Counted from the stretch's first letter, positions 18,201 to 27,590 are shown. The stretch is DNA of 64,000 nt from an uncultured Planctomycetota bacterium (GCA_963752285.1 CAVVXN010000001.1:544001-608000); one strand, 5' to 3'. A program made the numbers and translations. Notes: generated by a model not told the origin, from the sequence alone.

Positions 18201-18425
18201 TGCACCGACGTCTGCCCCTACGCGTGCCTCTCCTTCGTCCGGCCGGACGAGACGGACCTCCAGGGGATCGACCCCCGGGCCGTCGGGGGCGCCCCGGCCG
18301 AGGCCGTGTATCTCGTGAAGGACGAGGACCGCTGCATCCGCTGCGGCCTCTGCGCGGAGCGGTGCCCGACCGGCGCGATGACGATGGAGCGGCTCGAGAT
18401 GTCCGTGGCGGGTGTGGGCGGATGA
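15219..18425 (+). CDS. Fusion: nucleoside-deoxyribosyltransferase-like/TPR N-terminus + GltD/NfnB-like FAD/NAD(P) oxidoreductase with C-terminal 2x[4Fe-4S]
   Basis: CMAACP, CARVCAAPCEDAC, GGGPAG, GGGNVALD, FAGGD, then CIACGRCTDVCP and CIRCGLCAERCP. About 440 extra N-terminal aa include TPR-like helices. The start is uncertain (15162 or 15219). Confidence 0.85.
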   Translation: MPLDAFLDPSCGCLVLANDSDVYDTVLRRAVETASLSDGRSLVPVRGDPADPDSVFADETLRALEWGVAMIVDLVGTVPDVFRLVRWHARARTRSVLLLRRGRTALPFEVHELPVRPYEPSDLEGRPATRTRVATWASAAAAARADEGPANVRLTRLRDALAVRRRREQNGVYDALVLADRDVLEGNAPGALRAMDHALAAEPTAPDLLLRTALLLREGARYPEAAELLERAVRSAPARAACWRELGIARDRAGLPGAEDALRRAVAITEDYEALVSLALLCARNETSDDEPARLLERAIDVAEGQLNLVLPALVHRAGREGRIRLTNPERERVLRVLEIRAGQALGDPAEDAPWSHFDAARAHLLLGDGAAALAVVSAARPHLHAAWNADTFARSLDALERAGAGVGPLREVLGLRARTVRTVGPVVPVPPRFTVAARPPAWFAENVPCMAACPVGTDAGAYVHHLAEGRYAEAFHAARAPNPFASVCARVCAAPCEDACRRGRVDEPVAIRPLKRFLTERFGAESPDNRVGQVLAADRAPCIEGEAYGSHLRKMGGPAPGTGPKVVIVGGGPAGLACAHDLALLGYRPTVFEASNALGGMIRHGIPVYRLPRELIDREIDEILRLGVEVRLECALGRDRTLESLLASEYEAAFLASGAGRGRFLDVEGADLDGVVRAIEYLINVNRGYKVELGQRVVVVGGGNVALDVARTARRGRPPADAGAGRSLTDLGGALPTRFLRSAFRGDEREVHVVARQPMGGWPAERSVHGAEELMEARREGVVFHPLRGVRRIRGEDGRVAGVELAEVVQIRDASGRYAPSYGAHAAESIACDTVVLAVGQEPELDYLEGTRSLARTKDGLVEVDRATLATSLPGVFAGGDAAFGPRTLIEAVADGKRAARGIHAFLRSAASAGPPARHVRFTEVPPRAVPTEAGYDAIERVAPPSSGLDRRTGIAEVESGYDEAEARRQAARCLVCHVQTVYDGSRCIACGRCTDVCPYACLSFVRPDETDLQGIDPRAVGGAPAEAVYLVKDEDRCIRCGLCAERCPTGAMTMERLEMSVAGVGG

Positions 18426-18937
18426 GCGCGCCGCGGGACGAGTCCACGAGGCGCGCGCTGCTCTCGCGGGTGGCCGTGTGGGGCGCCGGCCTCGGCGTCG
18501 CCGGGCACGTGGTCGCCTGGACCAGCGCGCTGGCCCCGAAGGTCACGTACGAGCCCTCGCCGCGCCGGCGGATCGGCCGCCCCGACCGGTTTCCCGAGGG
18601 ACACACGTTCCTGCCCGACGAGCGCGTGTTCGTCCTCCGGCACGGCGCGTCCTTCCGCGTGCTGTCGGCCGTGTGCACCCACCTCGGGTGCACGGTGGGG
18701 GTGGAGGGAGAGGGCTATCACTGTCCCTGCCACGGGAGCCGCTTCGACGCGGAGGGGAAGAACACGGGCGGGCCCGCGCCGAGTCCCCTCGCCTGGCGTC
18801 CGGTCGTCCGGGGGCCGGGCGGCGTGCTCGTGGTGGACCTCTCGCGCGAGGTCGGTCCCCAAGTGACGCTCGAGGTGCCGCCGAGCGCACCGGCCGACGC
18901 GCCGCCGTCCGCCGCGCCGGAGGGCTCCGGAGGGTGA
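18422..18937 (+). CDS. Rieske [2Fe-2S] protein of a Rieske/cyt b complex
   Basis: Tat-like TRRALL, CTHLGC and CPCHGS boxes, GGPAP; ATGA overlap. Confidence 0.92.
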   Translation: MSAPRDESTRRALLSRVAVWGAGLGVAGHVVAWTSALAPKVTYEPSPRRRIGRPDRFPEGHTFLPDERVFVLRHGASFRVLSAVCTHLGCTVGVEGEGYHCPCHGSRFDAEGKNTGGPAPSPLAWRPVVRGPGGVLVVDLSREVGPQVTLEVPPSAPADAPPSAAPEGSGG

Positions 18938-20259
18938 GCGGGGACGGGCGCTCCCCGGGGCCGCGGCCCTTCTGGACCCTGTTCCCGCGGACGCCGCGCG
19001 AGTCGTCGGACGCGGTCGTCCGAAACCTCGCCCTCCACGCGTTTCCCGCCCGCGTCACGAAGGCCTCGCTCTCGTGGATCGCGAGCGGGTGGCTCGGCGC
19101 GATCTCGCTCCACCTCTTCCTCGTGCTCTCGGCGACCGGGGTCCTCCTCCTCTTCGTCTACGTCCCGAGCGTCGAGCGCGCGTACGCCTCCGTCAAGGAC
19201 ATCGAGTTCACCGTGCGATTCGGCGCGTGGATCCGGGGGACGCACCGCGTCGCCGCGCACCTGATGGTGGTCGCCGTCGTGCTCCACATGGTGCGCGTGT
19301 TCCTCACCGGCGCGTACAAGCGCGAGGGGCCGCCGGGGTCGTTCCGTCCGCTCAACTGGTGGCTCGGGCTCGCGCTCCTCCTCGTCACGCTCGGTCTGTC
19401 GTTCACGGGGTATCTCCTGCCCTGGGACCAGCTCGCGTACTGGGCCGTCACCGTGGGCACGCGGATCGCGGCCGCCGTCCCCGTCGTCGGCGAAGGGGCC
19501 CGCCGGCTGCTCCTCGGCGGCGACGAGGTCGGCCAGGCGGCCCTCCTGCGCTTCTACGTGCTGCACGCGTTCGTGCTGCCGATGGTCGCGACGCTCCTCG
19601 CCGCGTGGCACTTCTGGCGGATCCGGAAGGACGGCGGCCTCGCCGCGGGCGCGCGCGTCGCGACCGAGGCGCGGCGCGCGACGGTCGCGAGCCCGCCGAC
19701 GGCGGGGAAGACGTACACCCTCCTCGGCGCCACCCAGGGCGGAACGGTCGAGTCGTTCGCGCCCGCGGCCCTGCTCGACCGAGAGAGCGTGCACGGCGTG
19801 CCCGCGCTGCCCCGCCGCGGCCTCGCCACGTTCCTCGCGGTGCTCGCGTTCACGAGCCTCGTCGGACTGCTCCTGCACGCGCCCCTCGAGGAGGCGGCCA
19901 ACGCCGCGGTCACGCCGAACCCGGCGAAGGCACCGTGGTACTTCCTCTGGCTCCAGGAGCTCGTGTCGATCCTGACGTTCCGCGTGGGCTCGTTCGTCGT
20001 GAACGGGACGCTCCTGGGAGGCATCGTCCTCCCCGGCGTGCTGCTCGCGCTCCTCGCGGCCTGGCCCCTCCTCGACAAGAGCCCCGCGGAGGCGGCGGGC
20101 GTGTGGTTCCACCCCTCGCGCCGCCGGCAGGTCCGCGTATTCCTGCTCGGCCTCGCGATCGTCGTCGTGCTGATGCTGATCGGCACGTTCTTCCGCGGAC
20201 CGCACTGGTCCTGGGTCTGGCCCTGGCGCGGCGCGCCCGCGCCGCCGTCTTGGGTCTGA
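18934..20259 (+). CDS. Cytochrome b (b6-like N-terminal part fused to subunit IV-like part)
   Basis: Haem ligands in RGTHRVAAHLM...LHM and LHAFVLP...WHF; FTGYLLPWDQ; TPNPAKAPWYFL; GTGA overlap. Confidence 0.92.
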   Translation: MSGDGRSPGPRPFWTLFPRTPRESSDAVVRNLALHAFPARVTKASLSWIASGWLGAISLHLFLVLSATGVLLLFVYVPSVERAYASVKDIEFTVRFGAWIRGTHRVAAHLMVVAVVLHMVRVFLTGAYKREGPPGSFRPLNWWLGLALLLVTLGLSFTGYLLPWDQLAYWAVTVGTRIAAAVPVVGEGARRLLLGGDEVGQAALLRFYVLHAFVLPMVATLLAAWHFWRIRKDGGLAAGARVATEARRATVASPPTAGKTYTLLGATQGGTVESFAPAALLDRESVHGVPALPRRGLATFLAVLAFTSLVGLLLHAPLEEAANAAVTPNPAKAPWYFLWLQELVSILTFRVGSFVVNGTLLGGIVLPGVLLALLAAWPLLDKSPAEAAGVWFHPSRRRQVRVFLLGLAIVVVLMLIGTFFRGPHWSWVWPWRGAPAPPSWV

Positions 20260-20270
20260 GGGCACCGGCC

Positions 20271-21161
20271 GTGACGCTTCCCCCGATCTCGCCCTTGGAC
20301 CGCCGCCGCGCGCGGGCCGACCGCTGGATGATCGCCGTGTCGGGCCTCGTGCTGGTCCTCGCCGTGGCCGTCGCGGTGATCGACGAGGCGACGCCCGGGT
20401 GGGCGCGGTACCAGGCCGAGGCGCGCGGCCTCGCTGCGCCCCACGGCATCGAGGTCGCGGAGGGCATCCAGCAGATCTGGATCCCCGAGATCTCCCGCGT
20501 GGACCGCTGCGTGACCTGCCACGTCACGATCGAGGCCGGGCCGGAGCTCGCCGACGCGCCGAACCCCGTCCGCTCGCACCCGCGCCCCGAGCTGCTAGTC
20601 GCGCACCCGGTCGAACGCTTCGGCTGCACCCTGTGTCACGGGGGACAGGGCGCGGCGACGAGCCTCGCCGACGCGCACGGCGACGTCCCGTTCTGGGACG
20701 AGCCCCTCCTCGACGGGCGCCGTGCGCGCACGTACGGCCTCACCGCCTCCGACCTCCTGGAGATGCGGTGCAACGTCTGCCACCGCCGGGACACGAAGGT
20801 CGAGGGCATGCCGCTCCTCGACGCCGCCAAGGCCGAGGTCGCGAAGCGACGCTGCGTCCGGTGTCACGTGCTCGACGGCGAAGGCGGGACCCGCGGGCCC
20901 GACCTGACGTACGAGGGCGACAAGCACCCGACCCGGTACGACCTTCCCGAGAGTCTCGTCGGCACGCGTTCCGCGCTCCGGTGGCACGTGGAGCACTTCC
21001 TCGACCCCAAGCGCATGTCGCCGGGCACCGAGATGCCGAAGTTCACGCTGACCGACCGTCAGGCCGCGGGCCTCGCGCTGCTCGTCCTGTCGTGGCGGCG
21101 CCCGCGCCTTCCCGCGTCGTGGCTCCCGTCGCCGACCTGCACGCCGGCCGGGGGACCGTAG
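20271..21161 (+). CDS. Membrane-anchored tetrahaem cytochrome c
   Basis: N-terminal TM; CVTCH, CTLCH, CNVCH, CVRCH; C-terminal GPDL...MPKF class I c domain. Confidence 0.88.
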   Translation: MTLPPISPLDRRRARADRWMIAVSGLVLVLAVAVAVIDEATPGWARYQAEARGLAAPHGIEVAEGIQQIWIPEISRVDRCVTCHVTIEAGPELADAPNPVRSHPRPELLVAHPVERFGCTLCHGGQGAATSLADAHGDVPFWDEPLLDGRRARTYGLTASDLLEMRCNVCHRRDTKVEGMPLLDAAKAEVAKRRCVRCHVLDGEGGTRGPDLTYEGDKHPTRYDLPESLVGTRSALRWHVEHFLDPKRMSPGTEMPKFTLTDRQAAGLALLVLSWRRPRLPASWLPSPTCTPAGGP

Positions 21162-21192
21162 GCGCCAGCGTTGCGGCGGCGCGTCCCCGGCC

Positions 21193-23256
21193 TCACCCGA
21201 CGTTCAGCTTGGAGAGGAAGTCGTCGAGCGCCTTCTTCGCGTCGGCTTCGCTCTGCTGGAGGGCTTCGATGCGGTTCCTGAGGCCCTCGATCTGCGACTC
21301 CTGCTCGCCGAGCTTCTTCAGGTACCTCGCGTAGAGGTCCGACGCCCGGTCGATGGCCTGCATGTTCTGGCGGATCCGGTTCTGCTCGCTCTCGATCGTC
21401 CGGACCTGGTTCTCCAACGCCTCCCGCTGCCGGACGATCTCCTGGAGGTCCGCGTTCATCTGCGCGGCCTGCTGGAGCGCCTTCTTCACGTCGTCGCTCA
21501 CCGAGGGCGCGCGCAGGTAGATCGCGATCAGGTCCTGGCGCAGGTTCGTCATCGCGATCTGCTGCGCCCAGACGCGCTCCTGCACCACCGAGAGGGCCTG
21601 TCCGCCCTTCGCCGGCAGGATCACGCGGAACCGGTACTGCCCGCGGGTCTTCTCCGCCGGCTCGTCGGGCGAGATGAGCTTCCAGTCGGGGTCGATGGGC
21701 TGGGCGACGAGCAGCGTGCGCTCCTTGTCGTCGTCGTTCTTCGCGGTGTACGTGCGCTCCACGCGCTGCTTGTACGTCGTGCGGAGGACTCCCTTTTGGA
21801 TGCGCACGAAGAGCAGGTCCTCGGGCCGGCTCTTCGACTCGACGGCCACCTCGACCTCGAGGTCCATGGCGTACGTGAGCAGTCGCTTCCCGCCGGCGGG
21901 CAGGTCGCCGAGGAGGGCGTCGCCGGCGTACGTCCCGCCGTCGAACACGGTGACCGGGCCCTGCATGAGGTGCAGCGCGGTGTCGTTGTCGAGCTGGACG
22001 CCGTTCAGCGGGTGCGTCGCGTCCACGGCGGGGTCGTAGATCGAGACCTTCTCGGCCTTCACGTCCGACCCCACGATCGGGATCATCGCCGAGCGCTGGC
22101 GACCGAGGTGGACCGGGTTCTCGATGACGTACTGGAACAGCTCGCCGACCTCCGCGCCCGCGGCCTGCGCCTCGCCGCCCTGGAGGAACGCCGCGCCCTC
22201 CGCCGGCTCCATGGCGGGCGTGGCCGCCGGGGCGGGCGCCGCGCCCGGGCGGGCCCCCGCGCCGCCTCGGCGCAGCGCGTTCTGGCGGTCCGACGACTTC
22301 TCCTTGGCCGCGTCCATGAGCTCGGCCAGGTCGCGCTCGTAGCGCTGCGGGGCCACCCCGGGGCGCAGCTCGGGCTGGACCACCGGGCGCTTGGCGTAGA
22401 GCGGCTCGTAGAGGTTCATGACGAACGAGACGGGCGCCCCGCTCACGAGCGTCAGGTTCACGCCGTCCCAGTCGCGGTTCGTCGTGTTCTCGACGATCGC
22501 CCAGCCCTGGAGGTACGCGGTCCCCTTCGATCCGAGCACGAGGCGGTAGCTCGTCTTCCAGACTGGCGTCGCCTGGACGTAGCCGACGCGGACCGGACGC
22601 GCGCCGGCACCGGTGAACTCGAACGTGACCGTCTTCTTCTGGTTGTCGCGACCCGCCGAGAGGATCGCCAGCGCCTGGCGCATCTCCTGGTCGAGGCGCA
22701 GGTCGAGCAGGCGCACCGTGCGGATCGCGTCGAACGGGATGCTCCGGATCCCTTTGTCGGTCAGGATGTTCAGGTGCTCGGCCGGGACGGGCTTGTCGTC
22801 GATCGCCACCACGCGCGTCTGGACGCTCAGGATGGTCCCCTGCACGGGCTCGGGCGTCTCGACGTAGACCGCCTCCCCGCGGAGCTGCTTGAAGAGGTCG
22901 GCGAGGGTCAGGTTCTCGGTGAGGTCGATCGCGAACGACTGCAGCGCCTTCGAGACGGGATCGCGGGAGCCGTACGTGATCGCCGAGATGCGGCCGCCCG
23001 CCTCGTCGCGTACGACCATGCTCTTCAGCAGGTCGTTCACGTCGTCCACGTCGAAGGTCAGGGTCACCTTCTGGTCGCCCTGGATCGTGGCGCGGTGCTC
23101 GAAGTACCCGACGCCCGACGTGAAGAGCGTGACCTTCTGGAGCGGAAGCTGGCTCTCCTCCTCGGCCTTCGCGTCGCCTTCCGCGTGGGCCGCGGGGAGG
23201 AAGAGGCCGAGACCGAGGATGCTCGCGAGAACGACGGCGGACGGACGAACGCGCAT
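21193..23256 (-). CDS. DUF4139/DUF4140-like secreted protein
   Basis: Signal peptide (AAHA). VTLFTSGVGYF, NDLLKS, PVWKTSYRL, LQGWAIVEN, GELFQY; coiled-coil C-terminus. Confidence 0.8.
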   Translation of the reverse strand: MRVRPSAVVLASILGLGLFLPAAHAEGDAKAEEESQLPLQKVTLFTSGVGYFEHRATIQGDQKVTLTFDVDDVNDLLKSMVVRDEAGGRISAITYGSRDPVSKALQSFAIDLTENLTLADLFKQLRGEAVYVETPEPVQGTILSVQTRVVAIDDKPVPAEHLNILTDKGIRSIPFDAIRTVRLLDLRLDQEMRQALAILSAGRDNQKKTVTFEFTGAGARPVRVGYVQATPVWKTSYRLVLGSKGTAYLQGWAIVENTTNRDWDGVNLTLVSGAPVSFVMNLYEPLYAKRPVVQPELRPGVAPQRYERDLAELMDAAKEKSSDRQNALRRGGAGARPGAAPAPAATPAMEPAEGAAFLQGGEAQAAGAEVGELFQYVIENPVHLGRQRSAMIPIVGSDVKAEKVSIYDPAVDATHPLNGVQLDNDTALHLMQGPVTVFDGGTYAGDALLGDLPAGGKRLLTYAMDLEVEVAVESKSRPEDLLFVRIQKGVLRTTYKQRVERTYTAKNDDDKERTLLVAQPIDPDWKLISPDEPAEKTRGQYRFRVILPAKGGQALSVVQERVWAQQIAMTNLRQDLIAIYLRAPSVSDDVKKALQQAAQMNADLQEIVRQREALENQVRTIESEQNRIRQNMQAIDRASDLYARYLKKLGEQESQIEGLRNRIEALQQSEADAKKALDDFLSKLNVG

Positions 23257-23345
23257 GGGACTCCCTCCGGGGACGCCGCGCCCTCGCGGCAGGGTCCCCA
23301 GGGTACTCCCGCGCGACGGCGTGCCCCCGCCGGCGCCGCGGCTCC

Positions 23346-24596
23346 TCAGCCGAGGAGCGCCTCGACGGCGTCCGCCGCGCGCGACGGGGCGTCCGCCCCG
23401 TCGGCCAGTCGCGGCGCCAGGCGCGCGGCGCGTTCGCGGTATCCGTCGTCGCCGAGCAGAGCCTCCAGCGCGTCGGCTGCGCGGCGCGCGTCGTACCGCG
23501 TGGGCAGGACCCAGCGCGCGACGCCGAGGGCCACGAGCCGGTCGGTGTTGTCGGCCTGGTCGAACGCGTACGGCGTCGTGATCTGCGGGACCCCCGCGGC
23601 CAACGCCTCCGCGGCCGTGCCGATGCCGCCGTGGTGCACGATCGCGGCGGCGCGAGGGAACAGCCGCGAGAACGGCGCGTACGCCACGACGTGCACGTGC
23701 GCTCTACGGCACGATTCGGGAATCTCTTCCTGGCCCGCCGTGACGAGGACCGCGCGCCGGCCGATGCGGCTCGTGGCCTCGACCGACGCGACGAAGAACC
23801 CCGCCGCGTGTCGGTTCGCCGTCCCCGCGGTGAACACGATCGGCGCGTCCCCGGCGTCGAGGAACGCGCTCGTCGCCGGCGCGAGGTCGTCGGCGCTCGG
23901 TTCGCGCAGGAACCCGACGGCGCGCGTCTGTGCGGGCCAGTCGGGCTGCGGCGCCCCGAACCACGGCGGGAACGCCGCGAGCACGAGCTCGGGCGCGTGC
24001 ATCCATCGATGAAGGACGCGGTGGACCGGCCCCAGCCCGTGGGCCGCGCGGAACCGGTCGAGCGCGGGCGTGAGCGCCGGATCGAGGAGGAACCGGTCGA
24101 TCGCCCACCGCGAGAGACGTCGCGTCCAGAGCGGCGCCCACCGCTTCGGGCGACCGGGTCGGAACGCCGGGGGCTCCCGGAGCGGCCGGAAGGCGCTCGG
24201 GCTCAGGTGGACGGAGACGCCGGGGACGTGGTTCGCCTCCATGTAGACGCGCGCCGCGAAGGCGAGCGTCGTCCCGACGACCACCGTCCGACCGGGTCGG
24301 TGGAGCTCGTCGATCGCCTCCCACGTGGGCTCGAGCGAGGCGCCGATCGCGCGGGCCACGACGGAGAGGCTCCGGCGCGGGTGCCAGAGGTCGGGGTCGG
24401 CCACGGCCTCGTCGTATGCGGCGCGGGAGCCCACCACGTGGGACGCGAGGCCCGCCGCCTGGGCGAGCCCCTCGTGAACCTCCGCGAGGGCGACCACCAC
24501 GTCGTGCCCCCGGCGACGGAGCGCGCGGCCGAGCACGAGGAGGGGCATGACGTCTCCCCCGGATCCCAGAGGGCACAAGACGAACCGCCAGTGCAC
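23346..24596 (-). CDS. GT1 family glycosyltransferase (RhlB/sterol glucosyltransferase-like)
   Basis: GSGGDV.P at the N-terminus; HHGGIGT...AGVPQ...PYAFDQ.DN sugar-nucleotide signature. Confidence 0.88.
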   Translation of the reverse strand: MHWRFVLCPLGSGGDVMPLLVLGRALRRRGHDVVVALAEVHEGLAQAAGLASHVVGSRAAYDEAVADPDLWHPRRSLSVVARAIGASLEPTWEAIDELHRPGRTVVVGTTLAFAARVYMEANHVPGVSVHLSPSAFRPLREPPAFRPGRPKRWAPLWTRRLSRWAIDRFLLDPALTPALDRFRAAHGLGPVHRVLHRWMHAPELVLAAFPPWFGAPQPDWPAQTRAVGFLREPSADDLAPATSAFLDAGDAPIVFTAGTANRHAAGFFVASVEATSRIGRRAVLVTAGQEEIPESCRRAHVHVVAYAPFSRLFPRAAAIVHHGGIGTAAEALAAGVPQITTPYAFDQADNTDRLVALGVARWVLPTRYDARRAADALEALLGDDGYRERAARLAPRLADGADAPSRAADAVEALLG

Positions 24597-24690
24597 GCCG
24601 TGCCTCCGACCGGTAGGGGACCGCGCGGGATCGGGCCGACGGGACGACACCACCAGAACCAGCACCCCGCAAGCCGGGCGGCGGCGCGAC

Positions 24691-24718
24691 TTGACCCATT
24701 CGCTCGCGCGAATACATT
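24691..24718 (+). promoter_or_regulatory. Putative promoter with overlapping inverted-repeat operator
   Basis: TTGACC (24691), 16-nt spacer, TACATT (24713). ATTCGC-N4-GCGAAT palindrome at 24698-24713. Confidence 0.5.
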
Positions 24719-24789
24719 GGGCCCTTGGGCCCGAGGCAGGCGCGCGCGAGGGCCCGGTTCACCGGGGTGCGGGCGCGTGGGAGGTCTCG

Positions 24790-25554
24790 ATGCGCGCTCG
24801 ATCGCTCCGTGGGCCCGCCCGTTGGCTCCTTGCCGGCCTCGCCGGCCTCGCCGGTCTCGCCAGTCTCGGGGTGGGACTTCCCGCCGCGTGGGCGGCCGCC
24901 GCCCCGGGGGCGGACCTCGCCGCGGCCGCTCGGGACGGCCATGCCGCGTTCGTGGTCGTGACGCAGGGGGCCGCCGCGGGCACCGACCGCGCCGTCGAGA
25001 TCGCGCGGCGCGCGCAAGACCTCGCCCCGGGCGCCGTCGTCGTCGTGGTCGATCGCGCGGACCCGGCGAACGCCGACCTCGTGGAGCGGCTCCGCGTCCT
25101 CGGCGCGCCCGTTCCGTTGCTGCTCGTGGTCGCGCCGAACGGCGTCGTCGCGGGAGGCGCGCTCCTCTCGAACGCCACGCCCGAGGTGCTCGTGCGCCTG
25201 ATCCCGACCCCGAAGAAGGCCGACCTCCTCCTCGCGCTCTCCCACGGCGCTCCGGTGTTCGTCGCGTTCGCGAGCGACGACCAGCCGGAGCGAAGCGCCG
25301 TCTTCGAGGTCTTGAACCAGGCGTTCGACCGTCTCGACAGGAAGTCGGCGACCGTCGTGGTGAACCTGAAGGACGACGCGGAGAAGGCGTTCCTCGCCGA
25401 GATGAAGGTCGATCCGAAGGCCGAGGCGCCGGTCGTCGTGGTCTTCAACGCGAAGGCCCAGAAGACCGAGGTCTTCCGGACGGTCCCGACCGTGGACGCC
25501 CTCGTGAAGGCCGCCACGAAGCAGGCCTCGTGCTGTCCAGGCGGTTCGTGCTGA
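24790..25554 (+). CDS. Exported protein with two thioredoxin-like folds and C-terminal CCPGGSC
   Basis: GGAGGT RBS; signal peptide; VVDRADP...P.LLVVAPNG and VNLKDD...PVVVVFN Trx-like patterns without CxxC; Cys-rich tail. Confidence 0.65.
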   Translation: MRARSLRGPARWLLAGLAGLAGLASLGVGLPAAWAAAAPGADLAAAARDGHAAFVVVTQGAAAGTDRAVEIARRAQDLAPGAVVVVVDRADPANADLVERLRVLGAPVPLLLVVAPNGVVAGGALLSNATPEVLVRLIPTPKKADLLLALSHGAPVFVAFASDDQPERSAVFEVLNQAFDRLDRKSATVVVNLKDDAEKAFLAEMKVDPKAEAPVVVVFNAKAQKTEVFRTVPTVDALVKAATKQASCCPGGSC

Positions 25555-25576
25555 GCGGCGAGCACCGGGAGCCGCC

Positions 25577-26830
25577 ATGAACCTCCGCTCTCTCGTCCTG
25601 ATCGAGCTGGTCCACCGCAAGTCGCAGCTCGTCTCGGGGTTGCTCGCCATCACGCTGGGCATCGGCGTGGTCGTGGGGATCCAGTCCGTCACGCGCGTGT
25701 CGGAGGTCGCCGTCGCGCTGCGGCTCGACAACCTGGGCGCGAACGTCCTGGTCCTGCCGCAGGCGGCCACCGTGGACGACTACTACACCGCCGACATCGA
25801 CGCGCCGACGATGCCCGAGGACTTCGTGGAGCGCATCGTGACGTCCGCGCTGCCCGGCGTGGACAACCTCTCCCCGAAGCTCACCCGGAGAGCCGTGGTC
25901 GCCGGGCGCTCGGTGGTGCTCACTGGCATCCTGCCCGCGAACGAGATCGCGTCGAAGCCGGTCTGGCAGGAGATCGGGCTCGTCGGCGCCGACCTCCAGC
26001 GCACGTGCGATCCTTCGAGCGGCGCGAACCGGTCGCACGGCTACGAGGACGAGCGCCTGAAGCACAAGGCCGTCGAGTCGCTCGGCGAGGACGAGTGCCT
26101 GGTGGGATCGGCCGCGTCGGAGCGCCTCGGCCTGACGGGGGGGGCGACGGTGGAGGTCCCCCGGACGCCGGGCCCCGACGCGACGCCCCGACCGCCGCGC
26201 CTCTTTTCCGTCGCGCGCCTCCTGCCCGAGACCGGGACCGTGGACGACGACCGGATCTTCGTCCACCTGCGTGCCGCCCAGGACGTCTTCGGCATTCCGG
26301 AGCGCGTGAGCGCGATCGAGATCATGGGGTGCTGCAACGCGATCTCGGAGGGTCTGCTCTCGCGGCTGCGGAACATCCTCCCCGACACGCGCATCACCAC
26401 CGTCCAGCAGATCGTCTCCACGCAGATCGACACGAACCGGCTCATGCGGAAGGTCTCGCTCGCGTTCCTCCTGATCGTGCTGATCGTGGGGGCGATCTCC
26501 ATCGGCAACTTCATGTGGGCCAACGTGAACGAGCGACGCCGCGAGATCGGCGTGCTGAGGCTCATCGGGGCGCGACGTAGCACGATCTGGGGGCTCCTCC
26601 TCGGGAAGGCCCTCGTGCTCGGCGTGCTCGGTGGACTGCTCGGATGGGCGATCGGCACGACGGCCGGCGTCGTGCTCGGGCCCGAGCTCACCGGGCTCGC
26701 CGTTCATCCCGCGCCGGCGCTCCTCCCGGGCGCGGTCGGTCTGTCCCTCGCCGCGGCGTTGCTCGGCTGCGCGGTGCCCGCGTTCCTCGCGGGTCGCATC
26801 GAGCCCTTCGCCCACATGCAGGAGGTGTGA
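25577..26830 (+). CDS. ABC transporter permease, FtsX/MacB/LolE family
   Basis: TM1, large periplasmic domain, 3 TMs; [23 protein letters not shown]. Confidence 0.88.
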   Translation: MNLRSLVLIELVHRKSQLVSGLLAITLGIGVVVGIQSVTRVSEVAVALRLDNLGANVLVLPQAATVDDYYTADIDAPTMPEDFVERIVTSALPGVDNLSPKLTRRAVVAGRSVVLTGILPANEIASKPVWQEIGLVGADLQRTCDPSSGANRSHGYEDERLKHKAVESLGEDECLVGSAASERLGLTGGATVEVPRTPGPDATPRPPRLFSVARLLPETGTVDDDRIFVHLRAAQDVFGIPERVSAIEIMGCCNAISEGLLSRLRNILPDTRITTVQQIVSTQIDTNRLMRKVSLAFLLIVLIVGAISIGNFMWANVNERRREIGVLRLIGARRSTIWGLLLGKALVLGVLGGLLGWAIGTTAGVVLGPELTGLAVHPAPALLPGAVGLSLAAALLGCAVPAFLAGRIEPFAHMQEV

Positions 26831-27534
26831 TGATCCTCCGCACGGTCGGACTCGAGAAGTGCTACGTGCGCCGCGGCCGCGCGATCCACGCGCTGGCGGG
26901 CGTGGACCTCGCGGTCGCGAAGGGGAGCTTCGTCACCATCACCGGGCGCTCCGGCGCCGGGAAGTCCACCCTCCTCCTGCTCCTGGGCGGGCTCATCCGT
27001 CCCACGGCCGGCGACATCCGCTACGGGGACCTCTCCCTGACGGCGCTCTCCGACTCCGCGCTCGCGACCTTCCGGCGAGAGCACGTCGGCTTCGTGATGC
27101 AGAGCATGAGCCTCGTTCCCTATCTCACGGCGCTCCAGAACGTCGAGATCGCGCTCTCGCTGCGAGGCTGCGCGGCGACGCACCAGGCGAGCCGCGCCCA
27201 TTCCCTCCTCGAAGAGGTGGGCCTCGCGGACCGCGCGGACCACCTGCCGCGCGAGCTGTCCGTCGGACAGCAGCAGCGCGTCGCGATCGCGCGGGCGTTC
27301 GCGAACGAGCCCGACCTCGTGTTCGCGGACGAGCCGACGGGCAACCTCGACCCCGCCCTCGCGGACGACATCCTCGACCTGCTGACGCGGTGGAACCGCG
27401 AGCAGGGGACGACCGTCGTCATGGTGACGCACAGCCCCGGCGCGGCGGCCCGGGGCTCGGTGCGCGTCCATCTCGAAGCCGGGCGGACCGTCTCGGAGGC
27501 GCCCGTCGGTCCGGCCCCCGTCGGGGCCCGCTGA
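26830..27534 (+). CDS. ABC transporter ATP-binding protein (LolD/MacB-type)
   Basis: [40 protein letters not shown] overlap. Confidence 0.92.
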   Translation: MILRTVGLEKCYVRRGRAIHALAGVDLAVAKGSFVTITGRSGAGKSTLLLLLGGLIRPTAGDIRYGDLSLTALSDSALATFRREHVGFVMQSMSLVPYLTALQNVEIALSLRGCAATHQASRAHSLLEEVGLADRADHLPRELSVGQQQRVAIARAFANEPDLVFADEPTGNLDPALADDILDLLTRWNREQGTTVVMVTHSPGAAARGSVRVHLEAGRTVSEAPVGPAPVGAR

Positions 27535-27551
27535 CCGGACCCCCAAGACCG

Positions 27552-27587
27552 CCCGGATCCCCCGGATCCCCCGGATCCCCCGGAGCC
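27552..27587. repeat. Intergenic 9-bp tandem repeat (CCCGGATCC)x3 + CCCGGAGCC
   Basis: Read directly from the sequence; ends 3 nt before the acr3 ATG. Confidence 0.8.
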
Positions 27588-27590
27588 CGC

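Noticed and set aside
16540..18425. Glutamate synthase small subunit (gltD)
   Set aside because: There is no gltB, it has extra C-terminal ferredoxin and N-terminal domains, and it is coupled to Rieske/cyt b genes.
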